A stretch of DNA of 64,000 nucleotides from an uncultured delta proteobacterium (GTDB taxonomy: Bacteria; Desulfobacterota; Desulfobulbia; Desulfobulbales; JAGXFP01), in assembly GCA_963807225.1 (NCBI GenBank), contig CAWEAD010000008.1, positions 337,763-401,762 of the forward strand. The letters run 5' to 3'. Made by a program: the position numbers and the translations under genes. The first letter of the stretch is position 1. Every line of letters begins with the position of its first letter. Shown here in pieces: positions 18,709-26,727 of the stretch. Under the pieces are notes generated by a model. The model was given only the letters and a program-made list of their open reading frames with translations, was not told the origin of the DNA and did not search any database.

Positions 18709-20782
18709 GCGGGATATCATCCGTTTGCTGGTCGCCACCGGGATCGCTTCGGTGGTGGCCCAACTCCTGCTGATTCGCGAGTTTCTCGCCCTTTTTCGGG
18801 GCAACGAATACGTCATTGCCCTGATCTTGTTCAACTGGCTGATCCTGGGGGGAATCGGCACCCGGCTGGCCCGTTGGGCGACCGGTCGCACCGCCTCCCG
18901 CTCCACCCTGGCCTGGATTTCCCTGATCCTGGCGTTGCTTGGGGTTCTGCAGATTCCGGCGCTTCGGCAGTTGCGCGATCTGGTCTTCATCCATGGTAGT
19001 TCGGTCGGTTTCTATCCCACCTTTCTCTTTGTCCTGGCCGGGATGGCTCCTTATTGTCTGCTGGTCGGCTTTGCCTTGCCTTACAGTCTCTTCGTCCTCC
19101 GTGATGAAACCCCTGGCTATTCAGGGGTCAGGGTCTACATGGCCGACAACCTGGGCGATGTCTGCGGCGGGGCACTGTTTTCCTTTCTCCTGGTCTGGCT
19201 GGTGACTCCCCTGCAGGCCCTGTTCCTGGCCGGCTTGCCGCTGCTGGTCTGTGCCGTGCTGCTTTCCCCTCCCGGATCAAGAAACCGCCGGCTGTGGCTG
19301 GTCAAGGCCGGACTTTTTCTGATTCCGATGAGCGGTGTTTTGGGTCTGGAGCGCGCTTCGCTATTGAGGCCGGCCGGCGAGTTGGTGCATTATCAGGAAT
19401 CGCGCTATGGCCGACTAGAGGTTTATCGGGACCGGGAGCAGTTCACCCTGTTCCGGGACGGTGTACCTGCCGTCAGCGATCAAAATCGCAGTCGGGCCGA
19501 AGAGGCGGTCCATTATCCCCTGATCCAGTTGGATCGGGTTCGACGAGTACTGCTGATCGCTCCGGAAAGCGGGATGCTCCGGGAAGTGGCCAAATATCAC
19601 CCGGAACAGGTGGACTATGTCGAACTGGACCCGGCCATCACCACCCTGCAGTTCCGCTATGGCATGGTCCGCGAGATCCCAGGACTCAACCTGATCCATC
19701 AGGATGCCCGGGCCTGGCTAAGCGCCACTGACAGGACTTATGACGCCATCATCATGAACCTGCCGGAACCGGAAACTTTTCAGGTAAATCGTTTTTTCAC
19801 CACCGGTTTTTTTGCCATTGTCCAACAACATCTGACACCCGGCGGCATCTTTTCCTTCAGTCTGGAGGGTTATGATAACTTTCTCGGGGAAGCGCAAAGG
19901 CACAAGGTTTCCTCAATATTCAATACGGCTTCCCGCTATTTCTCCCACCTTTTATTGTTGCCGGGCGGCAGCATTTATTTTCTTTGCCGGGATCGCCCTC
20001 TGACCGAAGAAATACCGGCCCGCTTGACGGCTCGGGGGATCACTTCCTGGTATGTGGGCAATTACTTCGCCGGGGAGATGAGCCGGGAACGGATTGCCTA
20101 TCTGCGCGGAGAGCTGGAATCGGCGGCACCGGTCAATACCGACCTGAAACCGCAGTTGATGCAGCTCATGTTTTTACAGTGGTTCGCCAAATTTCAGACC
20201 TCACCGCTCTGGTTTTATGGTTTGCTGGGGCTCCTGCTGGCAACCTACCTCTGGCGAGCCAGAAGGGAGGAGATGGTTCTTTTTTCCACCGGCTTCATGG
20301 TCATGGGCAGCGAGATCCTGGTGATCTTCGCTTTTCAGGTATATTATGGCTACATATATACCCAGATCGGCCTGATCGTCACCGTCTTCCTGGCCGGCCT
20401 GCTGCCCGGGGCCTGGTTGGGCGAGCGCCTGGTCTCCCGGCCGGCCCGGGTCATGGTCTGGACCGATCTTTTTTTGGTTTTGTTGCTGGGCCTGTTCTGG
20501 TTGCTGCTGGTGCGGGTGGGAGAGGGAATGACGGTGCAATTCCTGCTTTTCTTCGGCTTTCTGGTCTCCTTGGGTTGCGGGATGCAATTTGCCCCGGCGC
20601 TAAGGATGGGCGGTAGCGACAACCCGGCCGCCACCCGGGTTTTCTCCGCCGACCTGATCGGGGCGGCGGCCGGAGCCCTGCTGACCAGTGTGGTGCTGAT
20701 TCCTTTCCTGGGGATTGCCATGACCACCCTGGCCCTGGCCCTAATCAAAACAACCAGCCTGATCCTGGTGAGTCGCGCATGA
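18692..20782 (+). CDS. polytopic membrane protein with a central spermidine-synthase-like domain (fused MFS-like/spermidine synthase type)
   Basis: 696 aa. Many hydrophobic helices at both ends. Central soluble domain ...YGRLEVYRD...VLLIAPESGMLREV...YVELDP...DAIIMNLPEPETF...GGIFSF. TTG start 17 nt inside the preceding ORF; the true start is uncertain. Confidence 0.8.
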   Translation: MPRRSERDIIRLLVATGIASVVAQLLLIREFLALFRGNEYVIALILFNWLILGGIGTRLARWATGRTASRSTLAWISLILALLGVLQIPALRQLRDLVFIHGSSVGFYPTFLFVLAGMAPYCLLVGFALPYSLFVLRDETPGYSGVRVYMADNLGDVCGGALFSFLLVWLVTPLQALFLAGLPLLVCAVLLSPPGSRNRRLWLVKAGLFLIPMSGVLGLERASLLRPAGELVHYQESRYGRLEVYRDREQFTLFRDGVPAVSDQNRSRAEEAVHYPLIQLDRVRRVLLIAPESGMLREVAKYHPEQVDYVELDPAITTLQFRYGMVREIPGLNLIHQDARAWLSATDRTYDAIIMNLPEPETFQVNRFFTTGFFAIVQQHLTPGGIFSFSLEGYDNFLGEAQRHKVSSIFNTASRYFSHLLLLPGGSIYFLCRDRPLTEEIPARLTARGITSWYVGNYFAGEMSRERIAYLRGELESAAPVNTDLKPQLMQLMFLQWFAKFQTSPLWFYGLLGLLLATYLWRARREEMVLFSTGFMVMGSEILVIFAFQVYYGYIYTQIGLIVTVFLAGLLPGAWLGERLVSRPARVMVWTDLFLVLLLGLFWLLLVRVGEGMTVQFLLFFGFLVSLGCGMQFAPALRMGGSDNPAATRVFSADLIGAAAGALLTSVVLIPFLGIAMTTLALALIKTTSLILVSRA

Positions 20783-21960
20783 AAAAGATTGATCGTCGCC
20801 ATCTGCTCCTGGGCAGCGCCGCCGCGGCCGCAACCTGCGCCTTGTCGGCCGGTGCCTTCTGGCCCCGGACCAGAGGCTGGCAAAGTTCCGGCCCGGCCGA
20901 TATTACCGGCCGGATTTTTCATCACGACGCCCCTGCCCAACCCTGGAAGTGGTCCAAGGAGGCCTTTCTTTACGTTAAACTCGACAACTCCCGGGTCATG
21001 TGCTCGATCTGCCCCAACGCTTGCGTTCTGGCCCCCGGCGACCGCAGTGTCTGCCGTTCCAAGGTCAATATCGATGGGGTGCTTTACAGCCTGGCCTACG
21101 GCAATCCCAGCTCGGTCCATATCGATCCGATCGAGAAAAAACCGTTGTTCCACTATCTCCCCCGGAGCAAGGTCTTTTCCATCGCCACCGCCGGATGCAA
21201 CTTTCGCTGCCTGAACTGCCAGAACTGGGAAATCTCCCAGATGCGGCCGGAGGATCTGCGCAACTATGAGATGTTTCCGGACCAGGTGGTGCAAAATGGG
21301 GTCGAGGCGGATTGTCGGGCCGTTGCCTATACCTACTCCGAAGCGGTAACCTTTTTCGAGTACATGCTCGACACCGCCAGGCTGGCCCGGCAACGGGGCT
21401 TGAAGAACCTGTTGATTTCCAACGGATACATCAACCGGGAGCCGCTGCTCGAACTCTGCAAGGTTCTGGACGCAGCCAACATCAACCTTAAATCCCTGGA
21501 CGACGCGATTTACCGAAAACTTAACGGTGGCCGATTGGAACCGGTTTTGCAAACCTTCAAAACCCTGCACGAGCAAGGGGTGCACTTCGAGATCACCAAC
21601 CTGGTGGTGCCGGGTTATGTAGATGATCCGGAGATGGTCAAGCGGATGTGCAATTGGATCCTGACCAACCTGGGGCCCGATCATCCCTTGCATTTCCTCA
21701 AGTTTTTCCCTAAATACAAGCTGGACCGGTTACCGCCGACCCCGACCTCGACCCTGACTGAGTTCCGACAACTGGCCCTGCGCGAGGGGCTGAGATACGT
21801 ATATGTCGGCAATCTGGCCGACCATGAGGGTAACCATACCTACTGTCATCAATGCGGTAAACTGTTGGTGGAGAGGCAGGGGTATTTTCTGCCGGTCTTT
21901 AATCTCGAGGATGGTCGCTGCAAATTCTGCGGGACCAAGATCCCCGGGGTCTGGAATTGA
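20779..21960 (+). CDS. AmmeMemoRadiSam system radical SAM enzyme with a twin-arginine-type N-terminus
   Basis: 393 aa. CNFRCLNCQNW cluster motif, an upstream CSICPNACVL...CRS cysteine set, and N-terminus MKKIDRRHLLLGSAAAAATCALSAGAFW. The ATG overlaps the preceding TGA. Confidence 0.9.
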   Translation: MKKIDRRHLLLGSAAAAATCALSAGAFWPRTRGWQSSGPADITGRIFHHDAPAQPWKWSKEAFLYVKLDNSRVMCSICPNACVLAPGDRSVCRSKVNIDGVLYSLAYGNPSSVHIDPIEKKPLFHYLPRSKVFSIATAGCNFRCLNCQNWEISQMRPEDLRNYEMFPDQVVQNGVEADCRAVAYTYSEAVTFFEYMLDTARLARQRGLKNLLISNGYINREPLLELCKVLDAANINLKSLDDAIYRKLNGGRLEPVLQTFKTLHEQGVHFEITNLVVPGYVDDPEMVKRMCNWILTNLGPDHPLHFLKFFPKYKLDRLPPTPTSTLTEFRQLALREGLRYVYVGNLADHEGNHTYCHQCGKLLVERQGYFLPVFNLEDGRCKFCGTKIPGVWN

Positions 21961-21995
21961 CTCATGGAACTTTTTTGCCTTTTTCCTGTCTGCCG

Positions 21996-22883
21996 ATGAG
22001 CCAATATCACAATCAAAAAGCCGGCAATGCCCGTTTGCTGAACCTTGCCACCCTGGCCTCGGTCAGTGTGGCGCTACTGTTGATCATGGTCAAGACCACG
22101 GTCTGGCAGCTTACCGATTCCCTGAGTGTCCTGGCCTCATTGGCCGATTCCGTCCTCGATGCCGCCGCGTCCCTGCTCAATCTGGTGGCGGTCCGCTATT
22201 CCCTGCGGGCGGCCGACCGGGACCATCCCTTCGGGCACGGCAAAGCCGAATACCTGGCCGGACTGGGCCAGGCCCTGTTCGTCGGTTGTTCGGCCCTGTT
22301 CGTCATCTACCAGGCGATCCAGCGTTTTTCCGAGCCGCGGCCTTTGTCCGCTGCCAGCACCGGTATCCTGGTGATGAGCTTTGCGATCCTGGTTACCGGG
22401 GCTCTGGTCCTCTTCCAGCGGCGGGTGATCAAGCAGACCGGCTGTGCCGCGATCAAGGCCGATTCCCTGCATTACTCGGCCGATATTTTCACCAACCTGG
22501 GTACCATTCTGGCCCTGGTTCTGGCCTGGCTGGGCTGGCCCGGATTCGATCCGTTCATTGCCATGCTCATCGCCCTTTTCGTCATCTACAGCGCCTGGCA
22601 GATTGCCTATGAAGCAGGCCAGATGCTCATGGATCATCAATTACCGGCCGAAACTGAGGCGGAGATTGCCGGATTGGCCCTGGCCCATCCCAAGGTCCTT
22701 GGCGTGCACGACATTCGAACCCGGCGTTCAGGACAGACCAGGATTATCCAGCTGCATCTGGAACTGGCGGCCGACCTCCTTCTGCACGAGGCCCACCAGG
22801 TGGCCAAGGACGTGGAACTCAAAATCCAGGCTGTAATGCCCGAGGCCGACATCATCATTCATGAGGATCCGGTCAAACCATGA
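21996..22883 (+). CDS. cation diffusion facilitator (CDF) family metal efflux transporter
   Basis: FieF-like: six TM helices, SLADSVLDAAAS and DSLHYSADIFTN motifs, cytoplasmic C-terminal domain. The ORF opens at TTG 21957, overlapping the upstream stop; first ATG at 21996. Confidence 0.9.
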   Translation: MSQYHNQKAGNARLLNLATLASVSVALLLIMVKTTVWQLTDSLSVLASLADSVLDAAASLLNLVAVRYSLRAADRDHPFGHGKAEYLAGLGQALFVGCSALFVIYQAIQRFSEPRPLSAASTGILVMSFAILVTGALVLFQRRVIKQTGCAAIKADSLHYSADIFTNLGTILALVLAWLGWPGFDPFIAMLIALFVIYSAWQIAYEAGQMLMDHQLPAETEAEIAGLALAHPKVLGVHDIRTRRSGQTRIIQLHLELAADLLLHEAHQVAKDVELKIQAVMPEADIIIHEDPVKP

Positions 22884-23089
22884 AAAGTCGCATTGAAGAG
22901 GAAAGTCGGAGAGATCGACATTTGGCCCACCTGGTACTGGGTCTGGCCGGCTTCAGCCTGGCTGTTGTTCTGGCTCGAGCGCTTAGGCTGGGAATGGTTA
23001 TCGGCTGGCAGGGTTATAAGGTGATCCGGGGCACGGACGTAGACCGCGCGAGAACTGATCCCAGTCCACCACGGTTTGATGAAGTATAA
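22880..23089 (+). CDS. hypothetical small membrane protein (69 aa)
   Basis: ATGA start/stop overlap with the CDF gene. One hydrophobic helix (LAHLVLGLAGFSLAVVLARAL). Confidence 0.4.
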   Translation: MKSRIEEESRRDRHLAHLVLGLAGFSLAVVLARALRLGMVIGWQGYKVIRGTDVDRARTDPSPPRFDEV

Positions 23090-23102
23090 GGATATTCTAT
23101 TG

Positions 23103-23130
23103 TCGCCGAAGACGGTGGCGATTTCTTCTT
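23103..23130 (+). terminator. possible weak terminator after the CDF operon
   Basis: TCGCC-(9 nt)-GGCGA hairpin followed by the T-rich run TTTCTTCTT. Confidence 0.3.
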
Positions 23131-23258
23131 ACCTCAGGCCGAAATGCCGGTCATTCAGGTTGAAAAGGTAAATTTCCGGCATAAGAACTTCGCGCAAACT
23201 GCCCCTTGTTGAAGATTCTCAGGGTCGGCCGGATCGGAGCCGTTACCTGGCCGAATAA

Positions 23259-25031
23259 TCAGCGATCCAGAATTTGTCTGACCTTTTTTAATAACTGATG
23301 GGGGAGAATAGGTTTAGTGAGAAAATCCAGCTCTTTGTCAAGTATGCCCTTACTGTGAATGATTTCATCGGTATAGCCGCTGATCAGTAGAATCCTGGCG
23401 TCCGGGTCAAGCTTCTGCACATGGTCCATAACTTCTTTGCCGCTCTTGTTCGGCATGATCACGTCGAGGATGAGCAGGGCAATCTGCCGGCGGGCCGAAT
23501 TGTATTCAGCGATTGCTTGATTGCCGTCCACCGTCTGGATCACCTCATAGCCTGCTTCCTCCAGAATGGTGGTCAGCAATCGCCGTACCGCTTCTTCATC
23601 CTCGGCCAGCAGGATGATTTCGTTTCCGTTGCTTTCCTGTAAGGCCTCGGTTAAGGGTGGCGTCTGGCCGATTCTCTTCTCAACTAAGTTCGGCAGGCAG
23701 GGCAGGAGCACTCTGAAGGTGCTGCCTCGTCCGATTTCACTGGTTAAACTGATAAATCCTTCGTGCTGCTTAACGATGCCATGCACGATCGACATTCCCA
23801 GGCCGGTACCTTTGCCTTTTTCCTTGGTGGTGTAGAACGGCTCGAAGATCTTTTCGCTGGTCCTGCTGTCCATGCCGGTTCCCGAATCGGCGAATTTGAT
23901 CTCACCGTATGGGCCGGGTTTGCCGTAACCATGGTGATCGATGTATTCCTGATCAATGGTCAGCGAGGTTACCTCGATCAAGAAATCGCCGCCGTTGGCC
24001 ATGGCGTCTTTCGCATTGGCGGCCATATTCATGATGACTTGTTCGAGCTGACCCTGGTCGGCTTTGACGATAATTTTTCCCGGGGCCGGCTTGAAACGCA
24101 GGTTGATCTCCTCCCCCAGCAGTCGGGTAATGATTTTACCTATTCTTTCAATGACTTCGTTCAGATCGACCGGGCGTGGATCCATTACCTGCTTGCGGCT
24201 GAAGGCCAGAAGACTGCGGGTCAGGGCCGAAGCCTTATCCGCCGCGCCCAGAATCTCATCGAGGTTGGACCGGTTCGGATGTTTTTCCGGAAAGTTCATG
24301 AGTAACAATTCGCCAAAACCCATAATCGTCATCAGGTAATTGTTGAAGTCATGGGCGATGCCCCCGGCCAGTTGGCCGATGGCCTCCATCTTTTGCGCCT
24401 GCCGCAACTGGGATTCAAGTTTCTGTTTTTCCAGTTCGACATCTTTGAACTTGGTGATATCGAAGAAGAAACCTCTCATCATCGAGGGCTGGTCGTTTTC
24501 ACTGGAGACAAAGGCTATGTCTCTGATCCAGATTATTCCCCCATCCGCTTTGATCAGGCGATAGTTGAACTCATGGTTCTCGCCGCGACTGCTGGCGGTC
24601 TGGCGGTAGTTTACCGCAGTTTCCCGGTCATTGGGGTGAACCCTGGCGGCCCAGAACTCAGAATTGATCCACTGCTCGGGCGGGTAGCCCGAGAGTTCTT
24701 CCACCCGGGGGCCGATATAGGTAAAGCGCAAGGACTTGAGGTCGATCTCCCAGGGAATGGCGGCGGTGGATTCTATCAGTGAACGGTAGAGATCGTCACT
24801 TGTTCTTCCGGCCTTCAGGGAGTCGGTCAAGCGGATGGTGAAAAGGCCGAAGAGAATAGTTAAGACCACGAGATAGCCGCGGGTGAATAATTCCGCCGGG
24901 GGAACCTTTAGGAAAAGAAGATTGGCCAGGCTTTCGTGATAGAAAAATTTGTAGTCGATCAGCGCGTCCACCAGGCAGAGTAAAATGGCGACGGTAACCG
25001 AGACGGCAATGATGGATTTACGATATGACAT
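23259..25031 (-). CDS. PAS-domain hybrid sensor histidine kinase with a C-terminal receiver
   Basis: 590 aa. Two N-terminal TM helices, PAS, H-box IAHDFNNYL, GTGLGMSIVHGIV, receiver ILLAEDEE...LDVIMPNKSG. Confidence 0.9.
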   Translation of the reverse strand: MSYRKSIIAVSVTVAILLCLVDALIDYKFFYHESLANLLFLKVPPAELFTRGYLVVLTILFGLFTIRLTDSLKAGRTSDDLYRSLIESTAAIPWEIDLKSLRFTYIGPRVEELSGYPPEQWINSEFWAARVHPNDRETAVNYRQTASSRGENHEFNYRLIKADGGIIWIRDIAFVSSENDQPSMMRGFFFDITKFKDVELEKQKLESQLRQAQKMEAIGQLAGGIAHDFNNYLMTIMGFGELLLMNFPEKHPNRSNLDEILGAADKASALTRSLLAFSRKQVMDPRPVDLNEVIERIGKIITRLLGEEINLRFKPAPGKIIVKADQGQLEQVIMNMAANAKDAMANGGDFLIEVTSLTIDQEYIDHHGYGKPGPYGEIKFADSGTGMDSRTSEKIFEPFYTTKEKGKGTGLGMSIVHGIVKQHEGFISLTSEIGRGSTFRVLLPCLPNLVEKRIGQTPPLTEALQESNGNEIILLAEDEEAVRRLLTTILEEAGYEVIQTVDGNQAIAEYNSARRQIALLILDVIMPNKSGKEVMDHVQKLDPDARILLISGYTDEIIHSKGILDKELDFLTKPILPHQLLKKVRQILDR

Positions 25032-25296
25032 TACCTCTCCTACTGATTAGAGGGTTCAGGGCTGTGCCGCTTGGTTTTTCGCTCAGTCTAAGCCCGGAAC
25101 GATTCCGGCCAGGCTGTCGATCTTAGATATCTTATAGCCTTGCGTAAAAGTTTCGTCGACAAGATCCTTGATCTTATTGTCATCAAGTGATTTGAACTCC
25201 ACCATCAGGGCGGCCATCAGGATGGATAACAACCGGCTTGAACTCCGAACGACCCCGTGTTATAAAACCTCTGTTTTCCAGCGAGGCAGGATCATG

Positions 25297-25383
25297 GCCT
25301 GGGTGGCGGAACTGGTAGACGCAAGGGACTTAAAATCCCTCGGGGTTCGCCCCGTGCGAGTTCGATTCTCGCCCTAGGCACCA
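25297..25383 (+). tRNA. tRNA-Leu (anticodon TAA)
   Basis: Hand-folded. Acceptor GCCTGGG/CCTAGGC (one G-U pair), anticodon arm AGGGA-CTTAAAA-TCCCT, long variable arm CGGGG-TTCG-CCCCG, T-arm GCGAG-TTCGATT-CTCGC, encoded CCA. Confidence 0.9.
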
Positions 25384-25474
25384 TTTTTTACCTAGTAAAG
25401 TTAGTAAGTTTTGAAGAAGTAAGGGTCTAAAAAGTTATGACTAAAGTCTGACTGAAAGCCTAGCAACTCGCGGA

Positions 25475-25520
25475 CAAAAAAATCCGGCCAGGGAGATACT
25501 CCCGAGCCGGATTTTTTTTC
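25475..25520. terminator. bidirectional rho-independent terminator
   Basis: A7-ATCCGGC-CA-GGGAG-ATA-CTCCC-GA-GCCGGAT-T9: a long interrupted hairpin flanked by an A-run and a T-run. Confidence 0.8.
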
Positions 25521-25598
25521 TGATAGGCAATACCGGTTTATGGGAAATGGGTGCCGAAAATATGATGCCCTCCCCGCAAACCCTTGTGGGGTAGGCAA

Positions 25599-25616
25599 TG
25601 CGAGTTCGATTCTCGC
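25599..25616 (+). repeat. 18-nt direct repeat of the tRNA-Leu T-arm (copy of 25355-25372)
   Basis: TGCGAGTTCGATTCTCGC is identical at both sites, 244 bp apart. The flanks do not fold into a tRNA. Confidence 0.85.
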
Positions 25617-26083
25617 TCCAGACAGTAAAGGTTAAGGGGGTCTGGTTTATGGGCCCCTCTACCTTTGTGATGTTTTTACACTTTGCAACACCCTTTCAGG
25701 GCGGTAAAAAAATACCCCGGCGGAGAAAATCCCGCCGAGGCTTGGAGAGAGGATAAAGAGCGGAAGCCGGTCAGGGGCTTTGCTCGACTTCCCGTTGGTA
25801 ATCAATGCACCTGGTGCAGCCCGGTAAGGCTTAACGGCGGGGGTTGGGAAGGGGGTCACCGTATTCGAGTCAATGGCTAGTCTAGGAGGATATCGGCCGG
25901 GAGAAGTTTTGGCCCGATGTGCCGCCAGCGACTGCGCCAGGTGCAACTCGTTGTGGTATGGGTTCGGTCTATCTAGTCCGCATTACCAAAAACTCCGGGG
26001 CGCTGTTCCGGATCATCCTCGGCCCGGACCTCTTCGGCTTCAACTTAGCAAAGAGGAGATTCATCTCGGCATGATCCAGCGGC

Positions 26084-26422
26084 CTAATCGTTATGACCGT
26101 GTCTTCTGCCGTTGTCCCGATGATGTTTCCGTTTATTTTTGCGATGTTTGGCCGGTTTTTCCTTTTCGATATAAACGCGGCGTTCCCTTTCAATATAGTA
26201 AGGGCGGCCGGAATCGATCAGGACGTGGACCCCTGGCGGTGGTGGCAGGTAGCCATCGATGTGAACTTCCACCGTTGGCGGTGGAGGCACGATGGCATTA
26301 ATACTGACATTCACCCCTGGAAGTCCGGGCGGTAAGGGAAATCCCGCCTTGGCTTCATTCGGGCTGAGTGTCATGGCTACTGCTGTCATCAGCAGTAGCA
26401 AGAGAACGGATTTTGTACGCAT
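26084..26422 (-). CDS. hypothetical secreted proline-rich/basic small protein (112 aa)
   Basis: Signal-peptide-like MRTKSVLLLLLMTAVAMTLSPNEAKA, PPPP tracts, highly basic C-terminus. Confidence 0.5.
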   Translation of the reverse strand: MRTKSVLLLLLMTAVAMTLSPNEAKAGFPLPPGLPGVNVSINAIVPPPPTVEVHIDGYLPPPPGVHVLIDSGRPYYIERERRVYIEKEKPAKHRKNKRKHHRDNGRRHGHND

Positions 26423-26645
26423 TACGGTTCCTCTGTTGACTGGTAGTTGTTTCCGGCCCAGAATGGGTAGTTTCCATCCTGGCTGTCTGCAAAACTCGCA
26501 GTAGGGTTAAATGACCAGAATCATCCAGTAGTAAAGCAATTAACCTGCCAATGGATGATGAAAGAGCGAAAGATTTTATTCATCCATAAAGACAAGGACT
26601 TAGGCTGGAAATAAATTTACTGCTCAGAAAAATTCAAGGCATTAT

Positions 26646-26676
26646 GCCACAATATAAGGCGTTAAGCCACAATATA
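26646..26676. promoter_or_regulatory. direct repeat GCCACAATATA x2 with 20-nt period (candidate regulator binding site)
   Basis: GCCACAATATA at 26646-26656 and at 26666-26676, about 225-250 nt upstream of the 26422 start on the - strand. Confidence 0.3.
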
Positions 26677-26727
26677 TGGAGGGCGATCCGTACCATTGCT
26701 TATTCTTACTTCCGGAAAGGATCGGAC

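Noticed and set aside
25540-25625. A second tRNA (or selC/tRNA-Sec) ending with the duplicated T-arm.
   Set aside because: No acceptor-stem partner for TCCAGAC, no anticodon arm and no CCA. Only the 18-nt T-arm segment is tRNA-like.
25621-26083. tmRNA, RNase P RNA or SRP RNA in the ORF-free stretch. GGGGCTTTGCTCGAC vaguely recalls a tmRNA 5' end.
   Set aside because: There is no tag reading frame, no matching 3' tRNA-like end pairing with it, and none of the RNase P (GAGGAAAGTCC) or SRP conserved blocks on either strand.
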